Shown: positions 20,867 to 32,154 of the stretch, in pieces
How the letters are laid out: every line of letters begins with the position of its first letter
How positions within the stretch are numbered: position 1 is the first letter of the stretch
Assembly (NCBI GenBank): GCA_963803145.1
Contig: CAWDLW010000015.1
Span: 256,001-320,000 of the forward strand
Direction: 5' to 3'
DNA length: 64,000 bases
Origin: Methanotrichaceae archaeon
GTDB taxonomy: Archaea; Halobacteriota; Methanosarcinia; Methanotrichales; Methanotrichaceae
Made by a program: the position numbers and the translations under genes
The notes under the pieces: generated by a model
What the model was told of the DNA's origin: nothing
The model's database searches: none
The model's input: the letters and a program-made list of their open reading frames with translations, nothing else

Positions 20867-23800
20867 TCAGCTCGTGCATATCGTGCATATTCCTGTCACG
20901 CTCGAGATATTGTTCTCCTGCATCGTCACGCCCAGAGTATACTTCGATTGCTGTATCATGGGCTTACGAAGGGAGACAACTATGAACTGTGCCTCCGCTG
21001 AGATCCTCTTGATGAGCTTTGCCACACGCTCGGCGTTAACACCATCAAGGAACATATCGATCTCATCCATAGCATAGAAGGGAGCTGGCCTGAACATCTG
21101 TATGGCGAATATAAAGGAGAGAGCTGTCAGGCTCTTTTCGCCCCCCGACATCGCCTCCAATCTATGGAACGGCTTTCCTGCTGGCCTAGCCTTTATAGTC
21201 ATGCCCGCAGTCAGAGGATCATCTGGATTCTCAAGTATTAGCTCGCCTTCGCCCTTCGAAAGCTCCCTGAAGATTGACTTAAAATTCTTATTGATCTCAT
21301 TGAAGGCCGAGAGAAATGACTCCTTCTTCATCTGACCATATCTATCAAGCCTGTCGATTATGATCTCGCGCTCTCTGTAAAGCGTATTGCGCCTATCCTG
21401 AAGAACGCTGTTTCTCTTCTCAACGTTGTCATATTCCTCTATCGCCAGCATGTTGACAGGCTCCAGATTGGCCATCACTTGAGTAAGGTCCTTTATCTTC
21501 TGGGCAACGCTCTCGCTACTCGGAGGCTCCCGGGTAGAATCAACTCCTCGAGTCTCTATCTCTGATCTCAGGTTTTCGGCACTAGACCTGGCCTCAGCCA
21601 CGGCTGCTTCTGACACAGCTAAACGTGCCTCTGAGCGATCTCGCTCTCTCTCCGCCTGATCTACATCCCTCTGCAGAGCAATTATTTGATCCAGGATCTC
21701 TTTCCGATCTCCTTTTAGACCTTTAAGCTCAGACTCTATCTCAATCTCACGATCAGAAGTGGCCTTCAACTCCACCTCTAATGAAGCTATACTCTCTGAG
21801 GCAATACGCGTTCTCTCTAATGCCTCTGCTATTTTGGCATCCAGAGACTCACGTCTTGTCTGAAGATCCTTAAGCTTCTCAGCGTTTGCCTCCTCGCGGA
21901 TCTTATCTTTCAGGATACTTGCCTCGATCTCCTTCAGTCTAGCCTCAAGGCGCTTGATCTCTGCTGAGGCCGTATCCGCCTGAGCTGAAAGCTCAGGAAT
22001 ATCAGAACCAGCAAGCCTGCCTTCGATCTGATCTATATTCGCTCTGAACTCTTCAAGAGATTTATTGATGCTTTGTATATCTTTCTCGATTGCATCTAGT
22101 CGCTCCCTGGAGCCGAGAGATTCATTCCCCAATTGAGCTAGCCGCTCCCGCTTTTCCTGTAAAGATTTTTCGAGATTGGGTAACGTTACCATTAGGTCAT
22201 CAAGTCTGAAGGTCTTTTTAGATATGGCCTTGTCAAGCTCCTCTATTTCACGGTTTATTCTTGAGATATCCTCCTCGATGCTATCTTGCTTATCGAGAAG
22301 TGAACTGCGATTGCCTTCGGCTGAAGAGATCTTGCCTGAGAACTCAACAAGCTTATTGCCCTCCTCAGCCGCAAACTTTACCCTCGATTTATAATGGCCG
22401 CCCGTCATTGCGCCCGACTTTTCGATAAGATCTCCATCCAGAGTTACCATTCGGTATCTGCCCATGAGCTGCCTTGCATGAGAGAGCGTCTCCACAACAA
22501 GCGTATCTCTGAAGACATACCAGAAGGCTGAAAGAAACTTGGGGTTGAAATCTACAAGGCTTAAGGCATAGCCAATTACCCCAGGCCTCTCAGGCTTTGG
22601 CGGAAGGTTTCCGGCCTCCAGCTTATTCAGCGGCAGAAATGTTGCCCTGCCTATCTGAGATCTTTTAAGGTAATCTATAGCATGAGCTGCATCCTCATCG
22701 CTGTTTGCAACAATGCTTTGCAGACGTGCTCCAGCAGCAACCTCAAGGGCGGCAGAGTACCTGGGGTTCACATCTCCAAGCTCAGCTATAATCCCATAGA
22801 GGCCTGATAGCATCTGCTTCTTTATTGCTGATCTTATCGATTCCACTGCATGGCTATAGCCGGATCTGTCCTCTGATGCCCTAAGGCGCGCATCTATCTT
22901 CGCATACTCGCTCTGAAGCCTTTGTAGTTCACGATCCGCTTCCGCAATATCACGGCGTATTCTGAGTCTTGCGCCATCGAGATTGTCCCTATCCTTTTCA
23001 AGATCGAGGGCATTATTATTTAGAGAGGCAAGATCTATCTTAAGCTGCTCAACTTCCTGATTTGAGGATGATAAAGTGCTTGATATTTCTGCTATGCCTG
23101 TCTCTATATTCTCTCTCTCGGTTGTGCTGCGCCTGACAGAGTCCAGCAGTCGGTCCTGTTCTCTGATAAGGTCTCCTAGTTTGGCTTTTGCGTTCTCCTT
23201 TTCCGACCTCACTTTTTCGAGCGTATCTCTCAGCTCAGAGTACTGGGCATCTGCTTGAGCGATCTTTCCCTTTGCATCTGAGAACAGCAGCATCTGGTCG
23301 TTCAGTTCACCCCGAATGCTCGCCTCCCTGAGGTTCGCATCCATAATCCTCTTCGAGAGCTCCTCGATCTCCTGCTGAAGATTGCCTATCTGAATGAAGC
23401 TGGCCCTTTGCTGCTCCTCTGCCTCGGCTATAGCCTTCTCCGCCATCTCTTTGCGAGAGACTTCACGCGCAATCCCTCCCTTCAGCTCCTCTATCTTACG
23501 TTTGACCTGGATCTGTTCATCCTCGCCTTTGTGATCGATCTCTGAGTTCAGGCCGTTTAGCTTAGAATCGAGCCCGCTAAGCATTGCCTTCTTTGACTGC
23601 GACATCTGCTGAAGCTGAATGCCCTTTGCTTTAAGTCCATTGAGCTCCTTTTCAACGCGCAATAGATAATCTGATGATTCTTTCAGCTTAGCGAGAAGGA
23701 GGAAGGCTTCCTGCCTGCGCAGCTCATCGCGGCTGGCCTGATAGCTCAGGGCTCGGTCTCTCTCATCCTTCAGCTTAGCCAGCTGGGCCCCTACCTCTTC

Positions 23801-24391
23801 AAGGATGACATCAACCCTGCCGATCCTCTCACGAACCACATCCAACTCTTCAAGTGCCTTCTTTTTCTTCTCATCGAATTCTGCTACGCCTGCTATCTCA
23901 TCCACGATCTTGCGACGTTCCACAGGCGCCATCTGGATGATATGCGTCACATCCCCCTGCATCACCACATTGTAACCCTCAGGGGTTATGCCTGCCTTTC
24001 CGAGCTTGTCCTGAAGTTCACCTTGGCTGCAGGGTTTTCCATTAAAATAGTAAGAAGAGGCACATTTATCATTGTTCACCTTGATCTTTCTGGATATCTC
24101 TATGACATCCTCCTCAATAGGAATCGTCCTTGAGATGTTATCCAATTTGACTGTGACCTGGGCAAAATCGGGATTATGACCATTGTCCCCGCGGTATATC
24201 AGATCTGGCAGCCTCTCGGCGCGCATTGCCCGAGAGCTCGATAGACATAGTGCAAAGAGGAGAGCATCGACTATATTCGACTTCCCGCTGCCGTTCGGAC
24301 CAGTTATGGTCAGGAAGTCATTCCTCAGAGGTACCTCTACGCGCTTGCCGAATGACTTGAAGTTCTTTAGCTCCACCTCTTTGATATACAA
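20867..24391 (-). CDS. smc: Chromosome segregation protein SMC
   Basis: NFKSF, GPNGSGKSN, coiled coils, hinge (GRATFLPL), MSGGEKS, AMDEID. Confidence 0.98.
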   Translation of the reverse strand: MYIKEVELKNFKSFGKRVEVPLRNDFLTITGPNGSGKSNIVDALLFALCLSSSRAMRAERLPDLIYRGDNGHNPDFAQVTVKLDNISRTIPIEEDVIEISRKIKVNNDKCASSYYFNGKPCSQGELQDKLGKAGITPEGYNVVMQGDVTHIIQMAPVERRKIVDEIAGVAEFDEKKKKALEELDVVRERIGRVDVILEEVGAQLAKLKDERDRALSYQASRDELRRQEAFLLLAKLKESSDYLLRVEKELNGLKAKGIQLQQMSQSKKAMLSGLDSKLNGLNSEIDHKGEDEQIQVKRKIEELKGGIAREVSRKEMAEKAIAEAEEQQRASFIQIGNLQQEIEELSKRIMDANLREASIRGELNDQMLLFSDAKGKIAQADAQYSELRDTLEKVRSEKENAKAKLGDLIREQDRLLDSVRRSTTERENIETGIAEISSTLSSSNQEVEQLKIDLASLNNNALDLEKDRDNLDGARLRIRRDIAEADRELQRLQSEYAKIDARLRASEDRSGYSHAVESIRSAIKKQMLSGLYGIIAELGDVNPRYSAALEVAAGARLQSIVANSDEDAAHAIDYLKRSQIGRATFLPLNKLEAGNLPPKPERPGVIGYALSLVDFNPKFLSAFWYVFRDTLVVETLSHARQLMGRYRMVTLDGDLIEKSGAMTGGHYKSRVKFAAEEGNKLVEFSGKISSAEGNRSSLLDKQDSIEEDISRINREIEELDKAISKKTFRLDDLMVTLPNLEKSLQEKRERLAQLGNESLGSRERLDAIEKDIQSINKSLEEFRANIDQIEGRLAGSDIPELSAQADTASAEIKRLEARLKEIEASILKDKIREEANAEKLKDLQTRRESLDAKIAEALERTRIASESIASLEVELKATSDREIEIESELKGLKGDRKEILDQIIALQRDVDQAERERDRSEARLAVSEAAVAEARSSAENLRSEIETRGVDSTREPPSSESVAQKIKDLTQVMANLEPVNMLAIEEYDNVEKRNSVLQDRRNTLYREREIIIDRLDRYGQMKKESFLSAFNEINKNFKSIFRELSKGEGELILENPDDPLTAGMTIKARPAGKPFHRLEAMSGGEKSLTALSFIFAIQMFRPAPFYAMDEIDMFLDGVNAERVAKLIKRISAEAQFIVVSLRKPMIQQSKYTLGVTMQENNISSVTGICTICTS

Positions 24392-24779
24392 GAGCTACCT
24401 CCATAAGGTCATGAGTATACCATCCTACAAGTCGCCTCCCTTCCCCCGCTTCGTTGCCAAAATCTCTCTCCGAAGATCCCTTAGTACATGAACGCAGTAA
24501 TTTACATCCTTAACTTAAGCATGTATTCAAGGATGTATATATCATTTTCCCTATACATCCATATGTTTTCTATGGCGGATTATACCCTTGAACACCAACT
24601 GAAATCATGAGAAATATATTTATTGGATTATCTATATTTACATGATTATTGCTATTACCACTATTGCAAATCTCTCTGCCTTTCTCGCTTCCATAAATTA
24701 TCTTTCTTGATGGCATATCCAGGCATATACATTTTCGAATCAAAAACGTATTTACCCTCAAGAAGATCCGAGCACTACT

Positions 24780-25997
24780 ATGGATATACTTGCCGATGTC
24801 GGCGGAAGGCCGGGCCTAGATTGCAAAGGCTTCTGCAGCTACTGTTATTTCAGAGGTGTCAAGGACATAAAGCCCTTCGGGTGCAAATACTGCATGCCTT
24901 TTCAGAAGGGCTGCGATTATTGCTCTCGCGCCATAGTTGAGGGCTATCCAGGCTTCAAGCCACTGGATATGGTTGTATTCGAGGTTGCGCAGAAATGCAT
25001 CGGCACGGTTCCTGATAAAGTCACAATAAGCGGCGGAGGAGACCTTAGCTGCTATCCTCATCTGCTTCCTCTGGCGGAGATGGTTGGCCAGGGAATAGTG
25101 CCCATAAGCTTGGGCTATACAAGTGGAAAAGGCTTCACAAAAGGTGATGAGGCCAAGGCACTCATCGATGCTGGCGTAAAGGAAGTTTCATTCACGGTAT
25201 TCTCTACGAGTTCAGAGCTTCGGCGCAAATACATGGCGGATAAGCACCCGGAGGCCGCGCTTTCAAACCTCAGGCGGTTCTGCGAGAGCTGCGATGTCTA
25301 CTGCGCGTCTGTGCTCATTCCAGGAGTGAACGATGGCCCAGAGCTAGAGAAAACCTGCAGTGACCTAGAGGAGATGGGCGCAAAAGGCCATATATTAATG
25401 AGATTCGCCAACACTCGTGAGCAGGGTCTGATACTCGGAAATGCGCCTATCATTCCAGGGATTGTGCCACATACAGTCGAGGAGTTCAGGCAGATCGTAA
25501 CCAGGACGAGCGAAAGCCATAGCTTCCGAGTAACAGGCACACCCCTTTGGGACCCGGCTACCGGGGCTCCGTTTGCTCTAGCTACGCATAGAAGCGAGAT
25601 AAGCAGATTGCCAGCAGTAGAAAAAAGCGCCACTATTATCACAAGCTCAATCGCCCAGCCGCTCCTGTCCGTTATATTCGAAGAGCTCGGCGGAAAGGTG
25701 AATGTGGTAGCAGTGAACAAGGACATTGGCTGCCTGATGACCATCGATGACCTTCAAGGGATTGACCTAAATTGCGTGAAAGATACTGTCCTCGTTCCAG
25801 GCAGAGCATTAGCGCATGAGAGGGAGATAAAAAAGGCGCTGAACCGTGACGGGGAGGATAGACTCGTACTGCGAGGGCCCGATCGCCTTACGGTTGATGG
25901 AGAGATGAGCATATCCATGAACACTAGGCAAGTTCTCGATATTGAGATCGAGGCATTCAAGGAGCTTATAGAGGAGATCAACGCACTGGGAGTTTAA
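24780..25997 (+). CDS. mmp10: Methanogenesis marker protein 10, MCR arginine C-methyltransferase (cobalamin-dependent radical SAM)
   Basis: [19 protein letters not shown] (CX3CX2C), GCKYC..GCDYC iron loop, C-terminal [13 protein letters not shown]. Confidence 0.93.
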   Translation: MDILADVGGRPGLDCKGFCSYCYFRGVKDIKPFGCKYCMPFQKGCDYCSRAIVEGYPGFKPLDMVVFEVAQKCIGTVPDKVTISGGGDLSCYPHLLPLAEMVGQGIVPISLGYTSGKGFTKGDEAKALIDAGVKEVSFTVFSTSSELRRKYMADKHPEAALSNLRRFCESCDVYCASVLIPGVNDGPELEKTCSDLEEMGAKGHILMRFANTREQGLILGNAPIIPGIVPHTVEEFRQIVTRTSESHSFRVTGTPLWDPATGAPFALATHRSEISRLPAVEKSATIITSSIAQPLLSVIFEELGGKVNVVAVNKDIGCLMTIDDLQGIDLNCVKDTVLVPGRALAHEREIKKALNRDGEDRLVLRGPDRLTVDGEMSISMNTRQVLDIEIEAFKELIEEINALGV

Positions 25998-26340
25998 TTA
26001 TTGGTATTTAATTCCCGAGATCAAAGTACGAATAATCTTCAGAAGGTATTATCTCTAAACGAGATCTATTGGCATTTGAATAATGTCTTGTCGATGAACG
26101 GAAATACGGAGTAAGAGGTCATAGTTTCAGTCTCTTATCAGCCCAGTTTCTCTTGGAATCACCACGGCGCCAGCTATGATTAGGGTGAATTGAGTTCCTA
26201 TTGTGGAGTCCAGATTGGCCTTATATATAACCCGGGTCTTGTTTGCGCCATCTGCACATATATCTAGGATCTGGACTGTAACCAAAGATAGCGTTTATGC
26301 AAGCTGTTTCCCCTCATTTTTTATCTTCAATGGATAAGCC

Positions 26341-26574
26341 TCATTTCTTCAGCATCTTCTTGATCTCTTCCACAGTCGCCGTTTTGCCGACTATCTTAGA
26401 CTGGCCATCAATATAAAGGGCAGGAGTCATCATAACCCCTCGATTCATGATCTCTTGGATGCTGTCCACCTTCACGATTTCTGCCTTGATGCCCAGCTCC
26501 TGGACTGCCTTCTCTACGTTCTTCGTCAGGCTTTTGCATTTCGCACAGCCTGTTCCAAGGATTTCTATTTTCAT
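26341..26574 (-). CDS. Small thioredoxin-fold redox-active disulfide protein (MTH895-like)
   Basis: MKIEILGTGCAKC ... GVMMTPALYIDG. Confidence 0.9.
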   Translation of the reverse strand: MKIEILGTGCAKCKSLTKNVEKAVQELGIKAEIVKVDSIQEIMNRGVMMTPALYIDGQSKIVGKTATVEEIKKMLKK

Positions 26575-26599
26575 GACTTACCACCTATTTCAGACATCT

Positions 26600-27718
26600 T
26601 TATACGATTCTGTATCCCACGATCGCACCATAGAGCATACCCACGAACGTTGAAACCAGCACCACAAGGCTGATATAAGCGCCTCCTTTCTTTGGGCCTA
26701 TTAATTTTATTATTACTATCATGCTCGGCAAGCTCAGCGAAGGCCCTGCTAGAAGTAGCGAAAGCGCTGGACCTGGCGCAGTTATCCCTGCGCTATAACC
26801 AAACAGCGTTCCGACTATGGGTACCTCCAAGAGAGTCGGCATATAGAGGAGTGCACCTATAACCGATGCAATAAAGCATGCCAGGAAGCTATTCGAACCG
26901 AAGATCGACCTGATCAGATCCACAGGCAGGAAGTAACCAATCACGCCTGTAATGAATGTCCCAACGATTAGCAGGGGAAAGATCTTCCTGGCGAGATCCC
27001 ATATTTCACTGAAGAAGACGCTTCTCTCATCGTCGGAGAAGTATCTTCTCAGGATAAAGGCGGATGCTAGTATGAAAGCTGCCGCTATCGTCCATCTCAG
27101 CAAGAACGAAATTCCTGATGTGGCTGAGAGGAGCACTCCTATCAGAAGCGCCAGCAACAATATCGACTTGTGCTTTAGACCACCTGACTCCGCAGAGTCT
27201 TCAGCCGTTTGTAATGGATTTGTAGTTACGGCAGTATCTTCTCCCGGCTTTACTTCGCACTTCGGCGGGTTTCTTTCAAATATAGCCGCCATGATCAGTC
27301 CGATGATAACAGACATGGAGACAGCAGCTACAGCCCTGGCAATGCCTATGTCTAAACCCAGGACTCTTGCTGTAAGCACTATCGCCAGCAAGTTGATTGC
27401 AGGGCCAGAGAAGAGAAACGCGGTTGCAGGACCGATGCCAGCGCCTTTCCTCTCAATGCCCGCAAACATAGGCAGTATGGTGCAGCTGCAGACCGCCAGG
27501 ATAGTTCCTGAAGTGGCGGCAACTGAGTAACAAAGCCACTTGGGAGCACCCGCCCCGAAGTACTTCAGAACAATCTCCTTCTGCAGCAGTGCTGCTATTG
27601 CCCCAGCGATAAAGAATGCCGGCACCAGGCAGGTCAGAACATGTGCTGAGAGGTACCCGAGCAGAGTTGTAATCCCGGCCTGAAGAGCAGGCATAAACAT
27701 TTGAATGTATGTAACCAT
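26600..27718 (-). CDS. ArsP/DUF318-type permease
   Basis: HVLTCLVPAFFIAG, AVCSCTILPMF, FLFSGPAIN, LLLAGPSLSLPS; ArsR-permease-thioredoxin context. Confidence 0.88.
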   Translation of the reverse strand: MVTYIQMFMPALQAGITTLLGYLSAHVLTCLVPAFFIAGAIAALLQKEIVLKYFGAGAPKWLCYSVAATSGTILAVCSCTILPMFAGIERKGAGIGPATAFLFSGPAINLLAIVLTARVLGLDIGIARAVAAVSMSVIIGLIMAAIFERNPPKCEVKPGEDTAVTTNPLQTAEDSAESGGLKHKSILLLALLIGVLLSATSGISFLLRWTIAAAFILASAFILRRYFSDDERSVFFSEIWDLARKIFPLLIVGTFITGVIGYFLPVDLIRSIFGSNSFLACFIASVIGALLYMPTLLEVPIVGTLFGYSAGITAPGPALSLLLAGPSLSLPSMIVIIKLIGPKKGGAYISLVVLVSTFVGMLYGAIVGYRIV

Positions 27719-27730
27719 AGGATCAGCTTC

Positions 27731-28070
27731 CTACTTACATAGGGATTTTTCCAGAATCTTTCCTGCCTCAGCCAAGTTGGAGATCTGTCTCAAAGCCAGG
27801 GCATCCACCGCTTTGATGATCTCGAAAACCTGAGGATCTTTTATTCTGTAGAGAGTTTTCTTTCCATCTATCCGGCGATCGAGGATGCCTGCTTCGTAGA
27901 GGATATTCAGGTGTTTAGAAATGGTGGACTGGGGACCGCTGAAAAGCCGGAATGATCTCGCAGACGCACCTCTCGCCAGGTCTGAGGTATTCGATTATCT
28001 CAAGACGGGTAGGGTCCGATAAGGGACTCAGGACCTTCACTCGCAAATCCGAGACTGATATTTGAGCCAT
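27731..28070 (-). pseudogene. ArsR/SmtB family regulator with +1 frameshift
   Basis: Frame 1 MAQISVSDLRVKVLSPLSDPTRLEIIEYLRPGERCVCEIIPAFQRS; after removing one base of the G4 run at 27931-27934, QSTISKHLNILYEAGILDRRIDGKKTLYRI...CK*; span 340 nt = 113 codons + 1. Confidence 0.85.
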
Positions 28071-28106
28071 GATTAATCTGATATAGAGACATATTTAAAT
28101 ATGAAC

Positions 28107-28129
28107 ATATCGCCATAAGACGATATAAA
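28107..28129 (-). promoter_or_regulatory. Putative ArsR operator overlapping TATA box
   Basis: ATATCG-N8-CGATAT inverted repeat 28107-28126; minus-strand CTTTATATCG TATA overlaps it. Confidence 0.5.
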
Positions 28130-28484
28130 GCCTCAGAATCACAAGTATATACAACCCGTAGAATAACATATTTTTCGATAAGCATCCACTGCAAGATCCC
28201 GTATATTGATCAAATCTGTCCATATCAAACTTCGGCGGCGCATTTGGTATGGTCAATAGAGAAGGTCGACAAGCAGGTCAGTTATTGTCAACAGAAGAGA
28301 CAGTAGCTCTCATTGAAAGGGTAATTAACTTCATAGAAAAATGTCCTTCCAAAGAAGCGGTTAGGAAAGCTAATCGATCGTGTTGGGTGAGACATGTTCA
28401 TGAATGCTATCGACTTAACGCTTTAGTTACTCTAAATCTAGAGCGGCCTTGGATGTTTCCTCGAAAAATCAATAGTCGAAAATA

Positions 28485-29709
28485 GGTCGTGTATGCGTTC
28501 CGATGAAATAGTTATATGTTTATAATGATACATTCTTTAAAAGGGATGTATCAAAAATGTCTGATATTACATTGTCCGATTACTGGTGCCATCATGAAGG
28601 CTGCCAGGATTATGGCATAAACGATAAAGGCAACATAGTGATAAAAGATCACTATGGAAAGAACAACCGTGCGCTCTTGAAGTGTAGAACATGTGGTCAT
28701 TGTTTCAGCGAGACTCGCGGAACAATATTTTTCGGTTTAAGCACATCAGATGAGGAAGTCTTAGATGTCCTGGCCCAATTGGTAGAAAAAGGCAGTATTC
28801 GTGGTGTTGCAAGATCTACAGGTCATGATAAAAATACAATCTGCCGATGGCTCAAAAGGGCAGCGGATCATTGCAAAGAGGTCAATGATTACTTCCTGAA
28901 CCATCTTCATCTTACACAAGTGCAGATAGATGAAATATGGTCATTTTGTAAAAAAACAAAAAAATGTAAGTAGCTATGACTCAAAAGACGTTGGTGACGT
29001 ATATAGTCTGACAGCAATAAATGCTGAATCAAGGTTACTAATCTGCCATCATGAAGGTGGCCGAACTATAGAAGATGCAACTGCCTTATTTAGTGACTTA
29101 GAACATAGACGGGCGACAGGCACACCTCTTCCGGTATTCGTTTCCGATGATTGGGATCCATTTTCCAATGCCCTCCTTGAAGTCTACGGTGTCAAGGAGA
29201 CGCCTGAATACAAAGGACTAGGCAGAAAACCAAATCCTATACTTGTTCATCCTCCTGACCTTAAATATGCTCAAATTGTGAAAAATAAAAAGAATGATGA
29301 AGTGGTTAACACATTTGAACGGATTGTATATGGTGACCCGAAAGATGTGCTTGAACTGCTTTGCCCAACATCGAAAGAACATATCCAGACATCCTACGTC
29401 GAACGAATGAATCTCACTTTCAGGAATTATCTGGCCAGGTTTATACGTGAGTCTATGAACTTTAGTAAAGATAGGCAAATTCATACCGGCGCAATAGACT
29501 TTTTCCAAGCTTGGTACAACTTCGTTAAGCCGCATGATTCTTTAAAAATTGAGATAAACCTTGACATGGAAGAAGTGGGATTCGCTCTGAATCCTAAAAA
29601 ATGGATCCCTCGAACGCCTGCGATGGTTGAATTGATTACCGACCATATTTGGACTATGAAGGAGTTAATGACTTGGAGGATCCCATTTCAATAGGTCACA
29701 TACACAACC
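28485..29709 (+). mobile_element. IS1-family element, copy A (1225 bp)
   Basis: TIR GGTCGTGTATGCG / CACATACACAACC; 8-bp TSD CGAAAATA (28477-28484, 29710-29717); ORFs 28557..28973 and 28930..29694 joined at A7CA7 (28950-28964). Confidence 0.95.
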
Positions 29710-29761
29710 CGAAAATATATACCCAGACAATCTTATGAATAGTAAAGAAGGTTGAAAGTAT

Positions 29762-29908
29762 ATGGCCTTAGATCCAGTATGCAAGATGATAGTTGATGAG
29801 AAAACCGCGAAGCTAAAAAGCGAGTATAAAGGAAAAACATACTACTTCTGTGCACCAGGATGCAAGAAGGCGTTTGATGTAGCACCTGAGAAATACCTGG
29901 GTAAATAG
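29762..29908 (+). CDS. YHS/TRASH-domain small metal-binding protein (48 aa, below ORF cutoff)
   Basis: MALDPVCKMIVDEKTAKLKSEYKGKTYYFCAPGCKKAFDVAPEKYLGK. Confidence 0.9.
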   Translation: MALDPVCKMIVDEKTAKLKSEYKGKTYYFCAPGCKKAFDVAPEKYLGK

Positions 29909-29923
29909 AAAAGAAGAGAAGCT

Positions 29924-30421
29924 TTATAACTTGGCAGTCCTGACTACATGTTCATTTAAAGTCTCATTTTTGAATGAGGCAACAATTTCTACGCATGTTG
30001 TGAAATTATTGCCCGTTACATATAGTGGTGCAATAATGCCCCAGAAAGCTTGGCCCCCGAGGCGATCTGGCCCTGTTGAAAGGTATCCATCGTTATAGGA
30101 CTGGATAGACATCGTATCGCACATTGCTCCCATAATGCTGGCTAACTCCTTCTCCAAATCACTGATAGGGCGAGGATTCTCATGGCCAATTAAATATGCG
30201 AAACTTGAGCTATTTGTACTACGATCTACCATCTTTACGTAATACGTTGATACATCCATACACTCCTGATAATCCGGTGCCATTGGTATAACGGCGATGT
30301 TTTGTCCTCCGAAGTCTAAAGAGATATTATGGCTACCAAGGGGTATAACCTGATAGCTGCCTAGTGCCGGGATTACAGCAATCATAATCGCAAATATCGA
30401 GGTAAGTATTAAACGGAGCAT
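29924..30421 (-). CDS. Hypothetical secreted protein
   Basis: Signal-peptide-like N-terminus, AGGAG SD. Confidence 0.65.
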   Translation of the reverse strand: MLRLILTSIFAIMIAVIPALGSYQVIPLGSHNISLDFGGQNIAVIPMAPDYQECMDVSTYYVKMVDRSTNSSSFAYLIGHENPRPISDLEKELASIMGAMCDTMSIQSYNDGYLSTGPDRLGGQAFWGIIAPLYVTGNNFTTCVEIVASFKNETLNEHVVRTAKL

Positions 30422-30523
30422 GCTCGTTCTTCTCCTAATTGCATAACTAACAATTAAAAGGTAATGCGGTCCCTCTAAATTTGGGATTCCTTATAATTAG
30501 CAACGCCATAAGTGGAGGCTAGG

Positions 30524-31417
30524 CTAGTAACCCCCACTTGGCACCGATATAACATTGGATTTCGAAATCGTCTGCGTAACCTTGGAGACGATTTTATCGA
30601 AAGCCTTTCCGGCATCAGTATCCTGGCCCTCGAAAGCCACACCTTGATCGCCAAGCCGCCCAATCTCAGTGTCCAATGGTATTGAGCCCAGAAAATCTAC
30701 ATTTAATTCTTTTGCAGCCATTTCGACATCGCCTTTATTGAAGACCTCTACGACCTCGCCACAGTGAGGGCAACGTAGGCCGCTCATGTTCTCGACTATG
30801 CCCAGCACGGGCACATTCATCATATGGAACATGTTGACCGCCTTCCTGGAATCCAGCAATGCTACCTCTTGTGGCGTAGTGACGATAATTGCCCCATCCA
30901 GTTCGGGTATTAGCTGGACTATGCTAATGGGTTCATCACTCGTCCCTGGGGGTAGATCCACTAGTAGAAAGTCCAAGTCGCCCCAGTTAACCTCGGAGAG
31001 GAACTGTTTCAAGGCAGCCATTTTCATAGGACCTCTCCAGACAACTGCTGAGTCACGGCTCTCCAGGAGAAAGGCCATGGATATTACCTTCACTCCATCA
31101 GCATTTGCAGGCTCTATGCCATCACGCCCTGCTGTAATATGTTGGTTCTCTATGCCAATAAGCTTGGGTATGTTAGGGCCGGTGATATCTGCATCCAGGA
31201 TCCCCACTCGGTAACCTCTACGTTTAAGAGCCACGGCCATGTTGACAGTTACGGTGCTCTTGCCAACCCCGCCTTTCCCACTTCCCACCACGATCTTGTG
31301 CTTTATCCTGCCCATGCGTGTTGATGTCTCGCTCTGTGCTCCGGGATCAGTACAGCTGCTGCGCTCAGCGCAGGAGTCACAACTTCCACTGCAACCGCTT
31401 TCATCAGAACTGCTCAT
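30524..31417 (-). CDS. Mrp/NBP35 (ApbC) Fe-S cluster carrier ATPase
   Basis: N-terminal Cys cluster, SGKGGVGKST, DADITGP, WRGP, DLPPGTSD, ENMS..CPHC. Confidence 0.93.
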   Translation of the reverse strand: MSSSDESGCSGSCDSCAERSSCTDPGAQSETSTRMGRIKHKIVVGSGKGGVGKSTVTVNMAVALKRRGYRVGILDADITGPNIPKLIGIENQHITAGRDGIEPANADGVKVISMAFLLESRDSAVVWRGPMKMAALKQFLSEVNWGDLDFLLVDLPPGTSDEPISIVQLIPELDGAIIVTTPQEVALLDSRKAVNMFHMMNVPVLGIVENMSGLRCPHCGEVVEVFNKGDVEMAAKELNVDFLGSIPLDTEIGRLGDQGVAFEGQDTDAGKAFDKIVSKVTQTISKSNVISVPSGGY

Positions 31418-31656
31418 ATTGTCATCACCAATTAATTACGAACTATACATTGCCGACAAAAAGTAGCTTATGAGATCATATATTTAAGAATTTCCCAAAA
31501 ATAGAAGACAAATTAAAATATAAAATTATCAGAGAGTGCGGTCTTGGCAATTAGGCTTAAAGGAACTCTACGGAAGATACATGCATCAATCATGCTAATA
31601 TTCATTATCTAGGCGTTATGACTTACTGAGATAGACATAGTTATGATTAGATAATC

Positions 31657-32154
31657 TCACTTCGGGCTTGTCTCCTTATTATACTCCACTGATGCTTTCA
31701 GAGCTATCATCTTTGTATTAATGAGGTCCAGCCTGGTTCTTAGAAGGTGCAGCTCTCTCTCCATCAGGCTGAGTTCTGATTCTTTTGCAGTTTGCTCGCC
31801 CTGCTCTGGAGATGCCTCTCCTTCCTCAGCACCTCTCAGTAGATAGCTTCCTCCCTCGATCAGAATCCCAGAGCCGTAGACTAAAGCCATAGCAATTTTC
31901 TTTCTGGCGATTACTAAATCGTTCCAGAAGGCCTTTCGGGAGATGCCCATATAAGAGGCCGCTTCCTCCTGTTCCAGTTCCAGCAAATCTACTAAGCGCA
32001 CTGCCTCTAGCTCTTCCAGGGTCAGAGCAACATAGTTGGCTTCCCGGGGGCAACCTGCCTCCCTAGGGCAACCGCCTACGGGCATGAAACATCTGATAGG
32101 AGGTATCTCTGATATCCACCGCTTTCCACGACGTCTGCCTCTGCAGGGACACAT
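31657..32154 (-). CDS. DUF134 family HTH protein
   Basis: RGRRR..R.I, LTLEELEAVRLVD, QEEAASYMGISR, ARKKIA.AL; start taken at MCPCRG (32154). Confidence 0.88.
   Translation of the reverse strand: MCPCRGRRRGKRWISEIPPIRCFMPVGGCPREAGCPREANYVALTLEELEAVRLVDLLELEQEEAASYMGISRKAFWNDLVIARKKIAMALVYGSGILIEGGSYLLRGAEEGEASPEQGEQTAKESELSLMERELHLLRTRLDLINTKMIALKASVEYNKETSPK

Noticed and set aside
24570-24940. Short ORFs and 8-bp TATATTTA direct repeat between smc and mmp10
   Set aside because: AT-rich divergent promoter region; removing the repeat does not restore a frame
28249-28485. Gene interrupted by IS1 copy A
   Set aside because: Rejoined frame adds only 8 codons and shows no recognisable family
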